Shown here in pieces: positions 9,110-19,435 of a stretch of 64,000 nt of DNA (the stretch's first letter is position 1; each line of letters opens with the position of its first letter). A program made the translations under genes and the position numbers. Below the pieces are notes generated by a model. The model searched no databases and was not told the DNA's origin. It saw only the letters and a program-made list of their open reading frames with translations. The stretch is from an uncultured delta proteobacterium (lineage in GTDB: Bacteria > Desulfobacterota > Desulfobacteria > Desulfobacterales > JAFDCJ01): assembly GCA_963769935.1 (NCBI GenBank), contig CAVYNY010000010.1, forward strand, positions 32,001-96,000, given 5' to 3'.

Positions 9110-9311
9110 GTCCGTTGTCGGTTGTCCGTTGTATAAAATTGACAAAATGCAGTATACGATGTTGGACGTCCAATGTTCAATGTTCGATGTTCATTTTTTA
9201 ATTAGCCCCCCCGCCTGAAACTTGCCCAGGTCAAGGTTTCTTTTTCGACTAGACTGGCCGCTTTTCAGGCCAATGGCTGCGCTGATGTCTGACCACAGAC
9301 AACTGACATCA
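9110..9311. repeat. Composite repeat cassette between cydB and cydX
   Basis: GTCCGTT GTCGGTT GTCCGTT arm; five RAYGTYS 7-mers (9158-9192); 55-bp core (9231-9285); CTGACCA CAGACAA CTGACAT arm abutting the cydB stop. Confidence 0.8.
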
Positions 9312-10451
9312 GTACGCCGTATGCGTCTCCTTATTAATTTTTTCTTCCGTAACCTTACCCCGCATCACCCGATACACCCAGCTGCTGTAAGCCAGTACAA
9401 TGGGCAGAAAGACAACCACCGCAAAAAACATCAGGTTCAGGGTGCGATGACTTGAAACGGCATCGTAAACAGTCAGGCTGCCGTTAGGGTCCGCGCTGGA
9501 GGGCATGACAAACGGAAACATGGCAAAACCGGCGGTCAGGATGACACCGGCCAGTGCAGCACCGCTGCACACAAAGGCCGCCCCGGCGCGTTTGGTTCCG
9601 GACAGTAAAAGTGCCAGAATGCTTCCGGCAAAGGCCAGTATCGGAGCGATTATCGTGTATCCGCATATGGTGTAGTTTTGCATCCAGGCGCCGGCTGCTG
9701 TTTCCACTTTCTTGGCGAGCGGGCTGAAAGCGGTTCCGGCCTCCGGCATGGCCGCGATTCGATAACCGTCGATACCGAAAGCCTGCCAGATACCGGCAGC
9801 CGCGAAGGCGGCCATGAAGACAATTCCGAAAATCCAGGCCGCTTTTTTGGCACGGGCCTTGATTTCACCTTCGGTGCGCATTTGAAGATAGACCGCCCCG
9901 TGCATGATGAGCATGGTTAAACTGATAATGCCGGCCAGAAGCGCAAACGGATTCAGCAGCCCCCAGAAACTGCCGGTATAGTGCGGACGCATAAATTCAT
10001 CATAATTAAACGGTACCCCCTGCAGCAAATTGCCGAACGCTACGCCAAAAATCAGGGCCGGCACCAATCCCCCCACAAACAGACCCCAATCCCATGCGTT
10101 GCGCCAGCGGGGATCTGAAATTTTGCTGCGGTATTCAAAGCCGACCGGACGGAAAAAGAGCGCAAACAATACCAGCAGCATGGCCCAGTAAAAGCCTGAA
10201 AAAGCCGCCGCGTAAACCAGCGGCCAGGCAGCGAAAAGAGCGCCGCCGGCGGTAATCAGCCACACCTGATTGCCTTCCCAGGTGGGGCCGATGACATTGA
10301 GCACGACACGGCGCTGCGCGTCTGTTCGAGCGACAAACGGCAGAAGCGTACCAATGCCTAAATCAAATCCGTCCATGATTGCAAAACCGATTAATAAGAC
10401 GCCGACGAAAACCCACCAGATGATTTTCAAAGTGAGGTAGTCGAATAACAT
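9309..10451 (-). CDS. cydB: Cytochrome bd oxidase subunit II
   Basis: MDGFDLG, GPTWEGNQVWLI, RPVGFEYRSK, SLTVYDAVSS; multi-TM. Confidence 0.97.
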   Translation of the reverse strand: MLFDYLTLKIIWWVFVGVLLIGFAIMDGFDLGIGTLLPFVARTDAQRRVVLNVIGPTWEGNQVWLITAGGALFAAWPLVYAAAFSGFYWAMLLVLFALFFRPVGFEYRSKISDPRWRNAWDWGLFVGGLVPALIFGVAFGNLLQGVPFNYDEFMRPHYTGSFWGLLNPFALLAGIISLTMLIMHGAVYLQMRTEGEIKARAKKAAWIFGIVFMAAFAAAGIWQAFGIDGYRIAAMPEAGTAFSPLAKKVETAAGAWMQNYTICGYTIIAPILAFAGSILALLLSGTKRAGAAFVCSGAALAGVILTAGFAMFPFVMPSSADPNGSLTVYDAVSSHRTLNLMFFAVVVFLPIVLAYSSWVYRVMRGKVTEEKINKETHTAY

Positions 10452-10539
10452 TTTTCAACTCTCCAATAGGAACGACGTTCAAATTACAATTAAGTAATTA
10501 AGGTCCATTTAAAAAAGAAAGAGCGAAGCGACATCCATA

Positions 10540-10563
10540 AATCTTCAATCTTCAATCTTCAAT
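10540..10563. repeat. AATCTTC x3 7-mer arm containing the cydA stop codon
   Basis: aatcttc aatcttc aatcttc aat; the minus-strand TGA at 10552-10554 lies inside the array. Confidence 0.8.
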
Positions 10564-12120
10564 TCCGCTGCCCTGCTCAAAATAATATCTCCCGGTGTGC
10601 AAACTGCTGGGACCGAGACGGACGAATTTGGTCATCAGATACATTTCAACGATCAGAAGAACCGTGTAAAGTGCGATCACCGCGCTAAGGGAGCCGATGA
10701 TATCCCCTGACGTCAGGCTCGAGGCGGATAGGTAGGTGGGCAGTACCCCGCCGATGGTCCAGGGCTGACGCCCATATTCCGACACAAGCCAGCCCAGTTC
10801 TATGGCGATCCAGGGAACCGGCAGGCTGTAAAACAAGGTTTTTAAAAGCCACCGTTTTTGGTCGAACGCGCGGGTGGCACAAAAGTAAAAGCTGGTCGCA
10901 ATCAGGGCCAGCATATAAAAACCCAATCCCACCATGACACGAAACGACCAGAACATGGTCGCCACGTTGGGAATGGTATTGCGCGCGGCCTGCCGGATCT
11001 GTTGATCGGAGGCATCCACCACCTTGGGCGTATAGCGTTTTAAAAGCAGGCCGTATCCCAGATTCTCCTTGTTTTGGTTGAACAGCAGCTTGTTTTTTGC
11101 CGATTGATCACCTTGGCGCAGTTTCCCAAGCATATCATAAGCAATCATTCCGCTGCGAATGCGTTGTTCGTTGTCCGCAATTAAATCCTGCACCCCGGGC
11201 ACCGGTGTATCAGTCGACCGGGTAACGATAATTCCTCCGAGCCAGGGTATTTTAATTGCGGCGAGGGTTTTCTGCGCTTCCTGATCCGGAAAGCCGAACA
11301 GGGTGAAATGGCCCGGCGGCGGCTCGGTCTTCCATTCGGCCTCCATGGCGGCCAGCTTAACCTTCTGAACCTGGCCGACCACATAGCCGGTTTCATCCCC
11401 CAGCACGATGACGGACAAGATCGATGCCAGTCCGAATCCGGCCGCCACGGCAAAGGAGCGCCGCGCAAAAGCCGGGTCGCGGCCTTTGAGCAAGTAGTAG
11501 GAACTGACGGCCAGCACGAATATGGAAGCCGCCACATAGCCGGCGCCGACCGTATGAACAAATTTCACCTGGGCGACCGGATTATAAAACAGTTCTTTAA
11601 AACTGGCCAGTTCCATGCGCATGGTTTCGAAATTAAATTCCGCCCCAACCGGATTCTGCATCCAGGCATTGGCAATCAGAATCCACAAGGCGGAAAGATT
11701 GGAACCCAGGGCCACTAAAAAAGTCACCGCTAAATGAGCCCGTTTGCTGAGACGATCCCAGCCGAAGAAAAACAGTCCCACAAAGGTGGACTCCAGAAAA
11801 AAGGCCATCAATCCCTCGATGGCCAGCGGGGCGCCGAAGATATCCCCCACATAATGCGAATAGTAGGCCCAGTTGGTTCCGAATTGAAATTCCAGGGTAA
11901 GGCCGGTGGTAACTCCCAGGGCAAAGTTAATGCCGAACAATTTACCCCAGAAACGGGTCATGTCCTTGTAAATTTGCATGCCGGTCATGACATAGACCGA
12001 CTCCATGATAAACAGTATCCATGACAGACCCAGGGTCAGAGGCACGAATATGAAATGGTACAGGGTTGTCAGGGCAAATTGCCAGCGGGATAGATCGACG
12101 AATGCTTCGGTAGGTAGCAT
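10552..12120 (-). CDS. cydA: Cytochrome bd oxidase subunit I, long Q-loop type
   Basis: [46 protein letters not shown] (long Q-loop), FRVM, EYGRQPW. Confidence 0.97.
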   Translation of the reverse strand: MLPTEAFVDLSRWQFALTTLYHFIFVPLTLGLSWILFIMESVYVMTGMQIYKDMTRFWGKLFGINFALGVTTGLTLEFQFGTNWAYYSHYVGDIFGAPLAIEGLMAFFLESTFVGLFFFGWDRLSKRAHLAVTFLVALGSNLSALWILIANAWMQNPVGAEFNFETMRMELASFKELFYNPVAQVKFVHTVGAGYVAASIFVLAVSSYYLLKGRDPAFARRSFAVAAGFGLASILSVIVLGDETGYVVGQVQKVKLAAMEAEWKTEPPPGHFTLFGFPDQEAQKTLAAIKIPWLGGIIVTRSTDTPVPGVQDLIADNEQRIRSGMIAYDMLGKLRQGDQSAKNKLLFNQNKENLGYGLLLKRYTPKVVDASDQQIRQAARNTIPNVATMFWSFRVMVGLGFYMLALIATSFYFCATRAFDQKRWLLKTLFYSLPVPWIAIELGWLVSEYGRQPWTIGGVLPTYLSASSLTSGDIIGSLSAVIALYTVLLIVEMYLMTKFVRLGPSSLHTGRYYFEQGSGIED

Positions 12121-12256
12121 GAATCGGCTCCTTGCTCGTGTTATTTTTCCAAAAGGCTTTAGATTGGGTTTAAACTTGAACGCCGCAGGCGTTTTGGGGT
12201 AAGAGGACGGTATGATCTCTATTATATTTTGCCGTTAGTTGTCAAACAGATTTCAA

Positions 12257-14041
12257 ATGAAACCCACCAAAAATTCATCCAACAAAATCGCGCGTCGCTG
12301 GCTGCTTAAACGGGTCGGAGCGGCCCGCCGCTGGATATTGCTTTCAATGGGACTGGGGCTGGGCAGCGGAATTTTGCTGATTGTGCAGGCTCGCTATTTA
12401 GCACTTATCGTTCAGGCGGCCCTTTTGCAAAAACGCCCGCTGGCGCAGATGTGGCCCTTTTTCTGGATTCTGATAAGCGTTGTCGGTTTGCGGGCCGCCC
12501 TCGGCTGGGCCAGAGAAATATCCGGATTCTATGCCGGAGCCGGGATTCGGCATCAAATCCGGCTGGAATTAATCACCCACATCACCTCCCTGGGTCCCTC
12601 TTATACGAGCAGCCGGAGCACCGGCGCGCTGGCCAGCGTCGTTATGGAACACGTAGAAGGGCTGCATGATTTTTATGCCTTCTATCTACCCCAGCTGGCT
12701 TTGGCGGTCATGATCCCGGCGGCCATTCTTGCTTTTATCTTTCCTCACAGCTGGGCGGCCGGCGGCCTTTTACTGGCAACCGCACCGCTGATCCCATTTT
12801 TCATGATTCTGGTGGGTATGGGGGCTGAAAGCATCAGCCAGCGTCATTTCAAGGCCCTGGCACGCATGAGTGCTTATTTCCTTGATGTTTTACAGGGCCT
12901 AACCACGTTGAAGCTGTTTGATCGCAGCAAAGGCGCCGAAAAAACCATTGCCGCAGTTTCAGACAACTATCGCAAGCGGACGATGGGGGTATTGCGGGTT
13001 GCATTTTTATCCGCCGCGGTTCTTGAATTCTTCAGCTCCATTTCGCTTGCCCTGGTGGCGGTTTATCTGGGAATGAGCTATCTGGGTTATTTCTCCTTCG
13101 GAGTCTATGGCAAACCGCTGAGTTTGGCGAACGGCTTCTTTATTCTTTTGCTGGCACCTGATTTTTATTTCCCCTTAAGACAACTGGGAACTCACTATCA
13201 TGCCCGGGCAGAAGCCATTGGGGCTGCTGAAGAAATATTGAAAATTCTGACGGTGCCGCGTTCCCGCAAAACGGGTGAGTTAACCGTGCAGCTTGGAAAA
13301 AAGCCTTTTTCCATTCAATACCGGGACGTGCATCTGGCATTTGACGGCGGCCTGAGGCCCGCCTTGAAGGGGATCAGTTTTGATCTCAGATCCGGCGAAC
13401 AGGTGGTGCTGGTCGGCGCCAGCGGCGCAGGTAAAACCACAATTCTAAACCTTTTGCTGGGATTTCTCGTGCCGGACACCGGGCAGATCTTTGTCAACCA
13501 GACGCCTTTGACCGACCTGAATCCCGACCACTGGCGCCATCATATTGCCTGGATCGGACAGCACCCGGTTTTGTTCCATGGAACGATTAGAGAAAATATT
13601 CTGGTCGGAAAACCACACGCATCCGACGAACAGATCGAACAGGCGGCCCGCAATGCCAGGGTCCTGGATTTTTCAATGCATTTGCCGGAAGGACTCGATA
13701 CCCATGTCGGTGAACGGGGTTTGGGCCTATCCCGCGGCCAGGCCCAGCGTGTCGCCCTGGCACGCGCCTTTTTAAAAGATGCGCCGATTTTATTGCTGGA
13801 CGAACCGACGTCCGGCCTGGATGTCGCCAATGAGGCCCTGATCCTCCGGACCTTAAACGAGCTTTCGCAGGGCCGGACGGTTCTTTTGCTGACCCACCGG
13901 TTGGGAAATATCAGGCAGGCGGACCGGATCCTGGTGCTTGAAAATGGCGGTATCGTAGAACAGGGCAAGTACGCCGAGTTGATGCGCGCCGGCGGGATTT
14001 TTCACAAATTGGCAAAAGGGAAATTGAATATTGCAGATTGA
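12257..14041 (+). CDS. cydD: Thiol/heme ABC exporter CydD (alternative TTG start at 12239)
   Basis: TMGVLRVAFLSAAVLEFF, LLLAPDFYFPLRQLGTHYHAR, Walker A GASGAGKT, LSRGQAQR. Confidence 0.95.
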   Translation: MKPTKNSSNKIARRWLLKRVGAARRWILLSMGLGLGSGILLIVQARYLALIVQAALLQKRPLAQMWPFFWILISVVGLRAALGWAREISGFYAGAGIRHQIRLELITHITSLGPSYTSSRSTGALASVVMEHVEGLHDFYAFYLPQLALAVMIPAAILAFIFPHSWAAGGLLLATAPLIPFFMILVGMGAESISQRHFKALARMSAYFLDVLQGLTTLKLFDRSKGAEKTIAAVSDNYRKRTMGVLRVAFLSAAVLEFFSSISLALVAVYLGMSYLGYFSFGVYGKPLSLANGFFILLLAPDFYFPLRQLGTHYHARAEAIGAAEEILKILTVPRSRKTGELTVQLGKKPFSIQYRDVHLAFDGGLRPALKGISFDLRSGEQVVLVGASGAGKTTILNLLLGFLVPDTGQIFVNQTPLTDLNPDHWRHHIAWIGQHPVLFHGTIRENILVGKPHASDEQIEQAARNARVLDFSMHLPEGLDTHVGERGLGLSRGQAQRVALARAFLKDAPILLLDEPTSGLDVANEALILRTLNELSQGRTVLLLTHRLGNIRQADRILVLENGGIVEQGKYAELMRAGGIFHKLAKGKLNIAD

Positions 14042-14160
14042 AAATTGAATAATTAAGGTATCCTGACTTCTATTAGGTGTTGCTTTCATCATGAAGAATT
14101 TAAAAATAAAAATGACAGAATTCCACAAATCTTCAATCTACAATTTTCAATATTCAATCC
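14023..14160. repeat. Inverted 7-mer cassette (ATTGAAW arms / AATYWTC arms) containing the cydD stop
   Basis: ATTGAAT ATTGCAG ATTGAAA ATTGAAT AATTAAG ... AATCTTC AATCTAC AATTTTC AATATTC AATCC. Confidence 0.85.
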
Positions 14161-14179
14161 TATTCGGAGGTTAAACACC

Positions 14180-15931
14180 GTGTTTGATCAATGGCGACAG
14201 CTGGCACCTTTTATCAAGTTATTGCGTCACCATCTGAAATGGATGGCTCTGGGCACCGGACTCGGGCTGCTGGCGGTGGCTTCAGCGGTGGGGCTGCTGG
14301 CGTTATCAGGCTGGTTCATCTGCGCTGCCGCATTCGCCGGTTTATCCGTAACAAGCGCGCCGCTGTTTAATTTTTTCCATCCTAGCATCGGGATTCGATT
14401 GTTTGCCATCGGCCGCACTCTGGCGCGCTATGCCGAGAGAGTTGTTACCCACGACACCACCTTCAGGATTTTGCAAAGCCTGAGGAGCTGGTTTTATATT
14501 CATCTGGAACCCCTGGCCCCGTCACGTTTGATGATGTTTCGCAGCGGCGATATATTAAATCGCATCGTCGCGGATATCGATGCGCTGGACAATCTCTATT
14601 TAAGGGTCTTGTCGCCCAGTTTAATTGCGCTGATAATGATGTTTCTGGTAACGGCCTTCCTGTGGATTTTTAATCCGCTTATTGCACTTTCCACCGCACT
14701 GTTTCTGCTGTTAGCCGGATTTGGTGTATCTTTGGCTGCGTTGCGCCTTGGATCGGCCGTCGGGAATATATTAACCCATCGTGTAGCCGATCTGCGAATC
14801 CGGATTGTCGATGGATTGCAAGGCTTGCCGGAACTGCTGGTTTTCGGGGCCTGTCCTCAATATTTTGAAAGGGTGGCGCAGAGCAGTCTGGCGCTGGTAA
14901 AAAACCAGCTGCGCATGAGTCATATCAGGGGAGCGGCGACGGCCCTGCTCACACTGCTTTCCGGGCTTGCCGTTCTGGTTGTGCTTTATCTGGCGGTAAA
15001 TCTGGTGAATCACGGTTCGCTGGATGGCGCCGGTCTGGCGCTGGTAACTTTGGCCGTCATGGCATCATTTGAAGCCGTTTTACCCCTGCCGGCGGCCTAC
15101 CAGTACCTCGGACAAACGCGGGAGGCCGGCCGACGCTTGCTGCAGATCGTGCACACCCGACCCCAGGTGGTTTTTCCCGATCAATCCATCACCCTGGCCC
15201 GGCCGGCTGGGGTAAAATTTGAAAAGGTCAGTTTTCGCTATCATGAAAAAGGGCCCTGGGCCCTGCGCGCAGTTGATTTTCAGATTCCAGCCGGACAGCG
15301 CGTGGCTGTGATCGGCGAGACCGGCTCGGGGAAATCGACCCTGGTTCGACTGCTGGTGCGTTTCTGGAACCCGGTTGCGGGCCATATTCACATCGGCGGT
15401 GAAGATGTTCGCAATTTTAGCGAATCTGAGCTGCGACGGATAATTTCCGTCGTATCACAGCAACCGCACATGTTTAACACCACTATAAAGGAGAACCTGC
15501 TGGTGGCCTGCCCCGGGGCCGGCGAAGATGATTTACGGGCGGCCCTTGATGCCGTGCAATTATCCAATTTTGTAAATGCCCTGCCCAATGGCCTTGAGAC
15601 CTGGATTGGAGAGGCCGGTCAACTTCTATCCGGCGGCCAGGCGCGGCGCCTGGCCGTCGCGCGAGCCATCCTGCACAATGCACCCTTATGGGTGCTGGAT
15701 GAACCGACCGAGGGCTTGGACCCGATTACCGAAAGAAAAATGATGCAGGCCTTAAAAGAACAAATTGCCGAACGGACCTTGCTGCTGATAACCCATCGAC
15801 TGGTTGATTTAAATTGGATGGATCAGATTGTGATGCTGGATCGGGGCCGCATCATTGCCGCGGGAACCCATGAGGAATTGCTGAAAAACAGCCGGCGCTA
15901 CGCTGAGTTGTATATGCGAGTAACGTACTAA
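14180..15931 (+). CDS. cydC: ABC exporter CydC
   Basis: GLLALSGWFI, RYAERVVTHD, DIDALDNLYLR, LSGGQARR; GGAGGT RBS before a GTG start. Confidence 0.95.
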   Translation: MFDQWRQLAPFIKLLRHHLKWMALGTGLGLLAVASAVGLLALSGWFICAAAFAGLSVTSAPLFNFFHPSIGIRLFAIGRTLARYAERVVTHDTTFRILQSLRSWFYIHLEPLAPSRLMMFRSGDILNRIVADIDALDNLYLRVLSPSLIALIMMFLVTAFLWIFNPLIALSTALFLLLAGFGVSLAALRLGSAVGNILTHRVADLRIRIVDGLQGLPELLVFGACPQYFERVAQSSLALVKNQLRMSHIRGAATALLTLLSGLAVLVVLYLAVNLVNHGSLDGAGLALVTLAVMASFEAVLPLPAAYQYLGQTREAGRRLLQIVHTRPQVVFPDQSITLARPAGVKFEKVSFRYHEKGPWALRAVDFQIPAGQRVAVIGETGSGKSTLVRLLVRFWNPVAGHIHIGGEDVRNFSESELRRIISVVSQQPHMFNTTIKENLLVACPGAGEDDLRAALDAVQLSNFVNALPNGLETWIGEAGQLLSGGQARRLAVARAILHNAPLWVLDEPTEGLDPITERKMMQALKEQIAERTLLLITHRLVDLNWMDQIVMLDRGRIIAAGTHEELLKNSRRYAELYMRVTY

Positions 15932-15965
15932 TCAAGTAGAAACTAGCGGGGCGTCTTTGTCTATA

Positions 15966-16029
15966 AAATAACAAATCACGAGCACCAAATCTCAAATAAA
16001 TTCCAAATTCGAAATTTCAATCTTCAATA
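15966..16029. repeat. Degenerate CAAATY 7-mer array containing the cysK stop
   Basis: acaaatc acgagc accaaat ctcaaat aaattcc aaattcg aaatttc aatcttc aat. Confidence 0.6.
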
Positions 16030-16943
16030 AAAAGCTCCGTACTGATATAACGCTCCCCGGTGCTGGGTATAATGGCCACGATGATTTTGCCGACGGATTC
16101 CGGCCGCTTGGCAACCTCGATGGCCGCCCAGATGGCAGCGCCGGAGGAGATACCACAAAGAATTCCTTCCTGCTTGGCCGCTTGGCGTGCAGTTTCAAAA
16201 GCATCATCATCGGCTACTTTCACTACATCGTCAATCAGCGATCGTTCCAGTACTTCGGGAATGAAACCGGCGCCGATGCCCTGGATCTTATGCGGTCCTT
16301 TTACACCGCCGGATAATACCGCTGAATTGGCCGGTTCCACGGCAATAGCCTTAAAAGACGGTTTTCTGGGTTTGATGCCTTGGGCCACGCCCGTGAGGGT
16401 ACCGCCGGTTCCGACACCGGCCACCAGAATATCGACCTTGCCCTCGGTATCACGCCATATTTCCTCAGCCGTTGTCTCACGGTGAACTCTCGGATTTGCG
16501 GGATTGGCAAACTGGTTCGGCATCCAGGAGTTTTTTTCAGACTCAAGGATTTCTTTGGCTTTATTGATAGCGCCCCCCATTCCCTCGGTACCCGGCGTCA
16601 ATACCAGCTCTGCTCCCAGGTGTTTCAGTAAGCTTCGCCTTTCCCGGCTCATGGTGTCGGGCATTGTCAGGCAAAGACGGTAATTTTTAGCAGCACAAAT
16701 AAAGGCCAGCGCAATCCCCGTATTCCCACTGGTAGGTTCCACGATCAGCGTCTCAGAATCAAGCAACCCTTCGACTTCCGCCGCTTCAATCATGGAGGCC
16801 GCGATCCGGTCTTTGACGCTGCCCAAGGGATTGAAAAACTCGAGTTTGGCGAATATTTCAGCGCCGGTATCTACAACCATTCGGTTAAGGCGCACCAAGG
16901 GCGTCAATCCGATGGTGCTGCTGATGATGGAATGAAATTTCAT
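16017..16943 (-). CDS. cysK: Cysteine synthase A (O-acetylserine sulfhydrylase)
   Basis: [10 protein letters not shown] (PLP Lys), [24 protein letters not shown]. Confidence 0.97.
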   Translation of the reverse strand: MKFHSIISSTIGLTPLVRLNRMVVDTGAEIFAKLEFFNPLGSVKDRIAASMIEAAEVEGLLDSETLIVEPTSGNTGIALAFICAAKNYRLCLTMPDTMSRERRSLLKHLGAELVLTPGTEGMGGAINKAKEILESEKNSWMPNQFANPANPRVHRETTAEEIWRDTEGKVDILVAGVGTGGTLTGVAQGIKPRKPSFKAIAVEPANSAVLSGGVKGPHKIQGIGAGFIPEVLERSLIDDVVKVADDDAFETARQAAKQEGILCGISSGAAIWAAIEVAKRPESVGKIIVAIIPSTGERYISTELFIED

Positions 16944-17011
16944 AACTCATCTCCTTTTAAAATCCGGCCAGTTGGAAAAGCGCGGGAAAAAAATCGATAA
17001 TCAGGAAGCCG

Positions 17012-18013
17012 TCAAGTTTGGTGGGCCGCCGGTTCAAACGAACGTTTCAAAGAAGAATCCTTTTTTGATTTGTAGATGAGACTCGGTGTTTCCATAATGA
17101 CCGTGGTATCTGCAGGCACGGATTCTGTCAGCCACACGTTGCCGCCGATTACCGAACGGGCGCCGATGATCGTATCTCCCCCGAGAATCGTGGCGCCCGA
17201 ATATATAATTACCTCGTCTTCGATGGTCGGATGACGCTTTTTGCCGCGGAATTGATCGGCCTTATCCTTTGGGATAGAGAGGGCACCCAGGGTCACGCCC
17301 TGATATAGGCGAACGCTGCGCCCGATAAAAGTGGTTTCACCGATAACGACACCGGTTCCGTGGTCAATAACGAAGCTTTCATCAATTTCAGCTCCGGGAT
17401 GTATATCGATCCCGGTAACATTGTGGGCATACTCAGTCATGATCCGGGGCAGCAGGGGGACGCCGAATTCGTATAGCTTGTGGGCAACGCGATAGACGGT
17501 AATGGCGAAAATTCCCGGATAACTGAATATAATCTCGTCATAGCTTTTGGCTGCCGGGTCGCCTTCGTATGCCGCCTGCACATCGGTGGCCAGTGTCTTG
17601 CGAATCGAGGGAATCACTTTTAAAAGCTGCAATGCAGTGGTGTGTCCCTGATCGTCACACTCAGAGCAGCTCTGATCGTAGCGGATGCAATCATGTCTGA
17701 TGCTTCTGCTGATTTGGTCAGACAACAGGTCAAAGATGTGGGCCGTAGATTCGCCCATGCTGTATCTCAAATTAATCGGATCGAGTTTTCCCCTGGTAAA
17801 ATATCCGGGAAATAGGATTTCTCTCAACCGGTCGATAATCTCGATGACGCTTTCCCGGGAGGGTATCGGCTCGTAGTCGATGTGGGTATAGCATTCTTTG
17901 TCATTACAGTTTTCAATGATTTCTTCTGCAATTGCGGGCAACTGGCTTCTGATTTGAGCCAGAGAATTCAAGTCGATTTTACACTTTTGCTCTTTTTTGA
18001 CCGTAGCGACCAT
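17012..18013 (-). CDS. cysE: Serine O-acetyltransferase (EpsC-type)
   Basis: [37 protein letters not shown] hexapeptide region; upstream of cysK. Confidence 0.94.
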   Translation of the reverse strand: MVATVKKEQKCKIDLNSLAQIRSQLPAIAEEIIENCNDKECYTHIDYEPIPSRESVIEIIDRLREILFPGYFTRGKLDPINLRYSMGESTAHIFDLLSDQISRSIRHDCIRYDQSCSECDDQGHTTALQLLKVIPSIRKTLATDVQAAYEGDPAAKSYDEIIFSYPGIFAITVYRVAHKLYEFGVPLLPRIMTEYAHNVTGIDIHPGAEIDESFVIDHGTGVVIGETTFIGRSVRLYQGVTLGALSIPKDKADQFRGKKRHPTIEDEVIIYSGATILGGDTIIGARSVIGGNVWLTESVPADTTVIMETPSLIYKSKKDSSLKRSFEPAAHQT

Positions 18014-18316
18014 CTTGATGGGATCTCCTTATCGCCGGGTCGCAAATATCGGACCAAATCCTGCAACCGGGTGAGCGAGCACCCGGTCGGTACGGCGGAA
18101 CTCAAAATTGAAGGACGGCGGACATTGCCTCCTCGTATTTTTTTTCATCCCTATTTTTCTCTTTTCGCAGATCTGCTCATCTGTTCACAGGCGCTTTATC
18201 CATTATCGTTTTCGGATCTGTCAATTTGTAATTCTGCAGGATTTTTTACCCGGGCGATACTTCAAAAATAAACTGAAAATGCGCTATGTCAATAAAAGCC
18301 TCATTTTACGTCTTGG

Positions 18317-18451
18317 TTGAAAATTATTGGCATTGATGAAGACTGCCGGGTAAGGCTGGCCTGGCAGGATGCCACCCGACTACTTTATGAAAAACTCGAC
18401 AGCACGACGATTGCAGATCTAGTGAATTCCAATTTTTCCGATTGCAAGTAA
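18317..18451 (+). pseudogene. C-terminal remnant of an Rrf2-family (CymR/IscR-like) regulator
   Basis: The frame reads ...DEDCRVRLAWQDATRLLYEKLDSTTIADLV...*, matching the Rrf2 C-terminal helix pattern (C..r..W......l...L...TlADL). No HTH-encoding 5' part was found; divergent from cysE-cysK. Confidence 0.7.
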
Positions 18452-18483
18452 ACCGGTTTCCCAGGCGCTTGAGTTCGCTGAAA

Positions 18484-18515
18484 GCAGGCAAAACCGAAAA
18501 CCCGGTTTCGCCTGC
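18484..18515. terminator. Hairpin between the convergent DUF2156 gene and the Rrf2 remnant
   Basis: GCAGGCAAAACCG-aaaacc-CGGTTTCGCCTGC; outer pairing extends to 18469-18540. Confidence 0.6.
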
Positions 18516-18544
18516 GGACGGTTCAGCTGCCGGGACTCAATTGC

Positions 18545-19435
18545 TTAAAACGGGCCTGCCAGGGTTACACGATATTTGCGGAGAAATTGGGCCGGATGGT
18601 AGGAAAGTTTGGCCTTGCGAAGGCCTTCGTCGTTTAAATCCTGTTCGCGGTTTACCCACGTAAAATTGTCAGCCCTATGCGCCAGAAACATCTGATTGAT
18701 GGCTTGGTAAATCCCTTTGTACTGCGTGTCGCCTTTTTCAAAATGAATGACGAGCGTGTCCTGGGTCAAAGCGTCGGCAATCGTGTAGGCCGCCATCTTG
18801 CCGTCGATAAAAATGGCGCCCCCCATGGTGCCGTTTAAATGCCGCCAGTCCCTGAGCATCCGGAATATTGCTTTATTTTCAGCTGAGAGAATCTCGGACG
18901 ACTCGCAATCCCGCCAAACGCACCAATCCTGCTGCATGTTCAGCGCCTGCTCGATGGAATCAGGTCCGATGGGGACATAGGTATACTCGTAATTCCTGGT
19001 AAACTGGTTGAACAGGTTCTTTTTTTTGTGGTAGCGGTTGCCCTTTAATTCAATGAGATCCTTTAGCGCATATAAGTAATCCCAATGTTCTCTTGCCTCG
19101 GCAGCCTCTATCCGATCCCCCAGAGCGGCACGCCAGTATTCGACGAGCTTTTCCGGCACCCGAATAAATTCCGTCCGGCGATCGGCCTGCCCGGCAAATC
19201 TGCGTTGCCAGTCGACTAAATCCCAGGCGCCGACCGGCGCCCATAAATGCTCCTCAGGACGCGTTTGCTTGATCCAGACTAATTGCTCTTCCCAGGCCCA
19301 GCGCAGGCCGTAATCTTCAGCCCAGGCCCATAGATTCAGAAAACTGTAGTCTGAGGCAACCTGGGGGCATTTACCCATTAGCTCCAAATAATCCCTTTGT
19401 TTATCCAGGCGTATCGATTCAAAATTTAGCTTCAT
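18545..19435 (-). CDS. DUF2156 / phosphatidylglycerol lysyltransferase C-terminal-like GNAT protein (start reassigned to MKLNF)
   Basis: SDYSFLNLWAW, DYLY..DL..LKG.RY.KKKN, IHFEKG, NREQDL..EGLRKAKLSYHP. Confidence 0.88.
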   Translation of the reverse strand: MKLNFESIRLDKQRDYLELMGKCPQVASDYSFLNLWAWAEDYGLRWAWEEQLVWIKQTRPEEHLWAPVGAWDLVDWQRRFAGQADRRTEFIRVPEKLVEYWRAALGDRIEAAEAREHWDYLYALKDLIELKGNRYHKKKNLFNQFTRNYEYTYVPIGPDSIEQALNMQQDWCVWRDCESSEILSAENKAIFRMLRDWRHLNGTMGGAIFIDGKMAAYTIADALTQDTLVIHFEKGDTQYKGIYQAINQMFLAHRADNFTWVNREQDLNDEGLRKAKLSYHPAQFLRKYRVTLAGPF

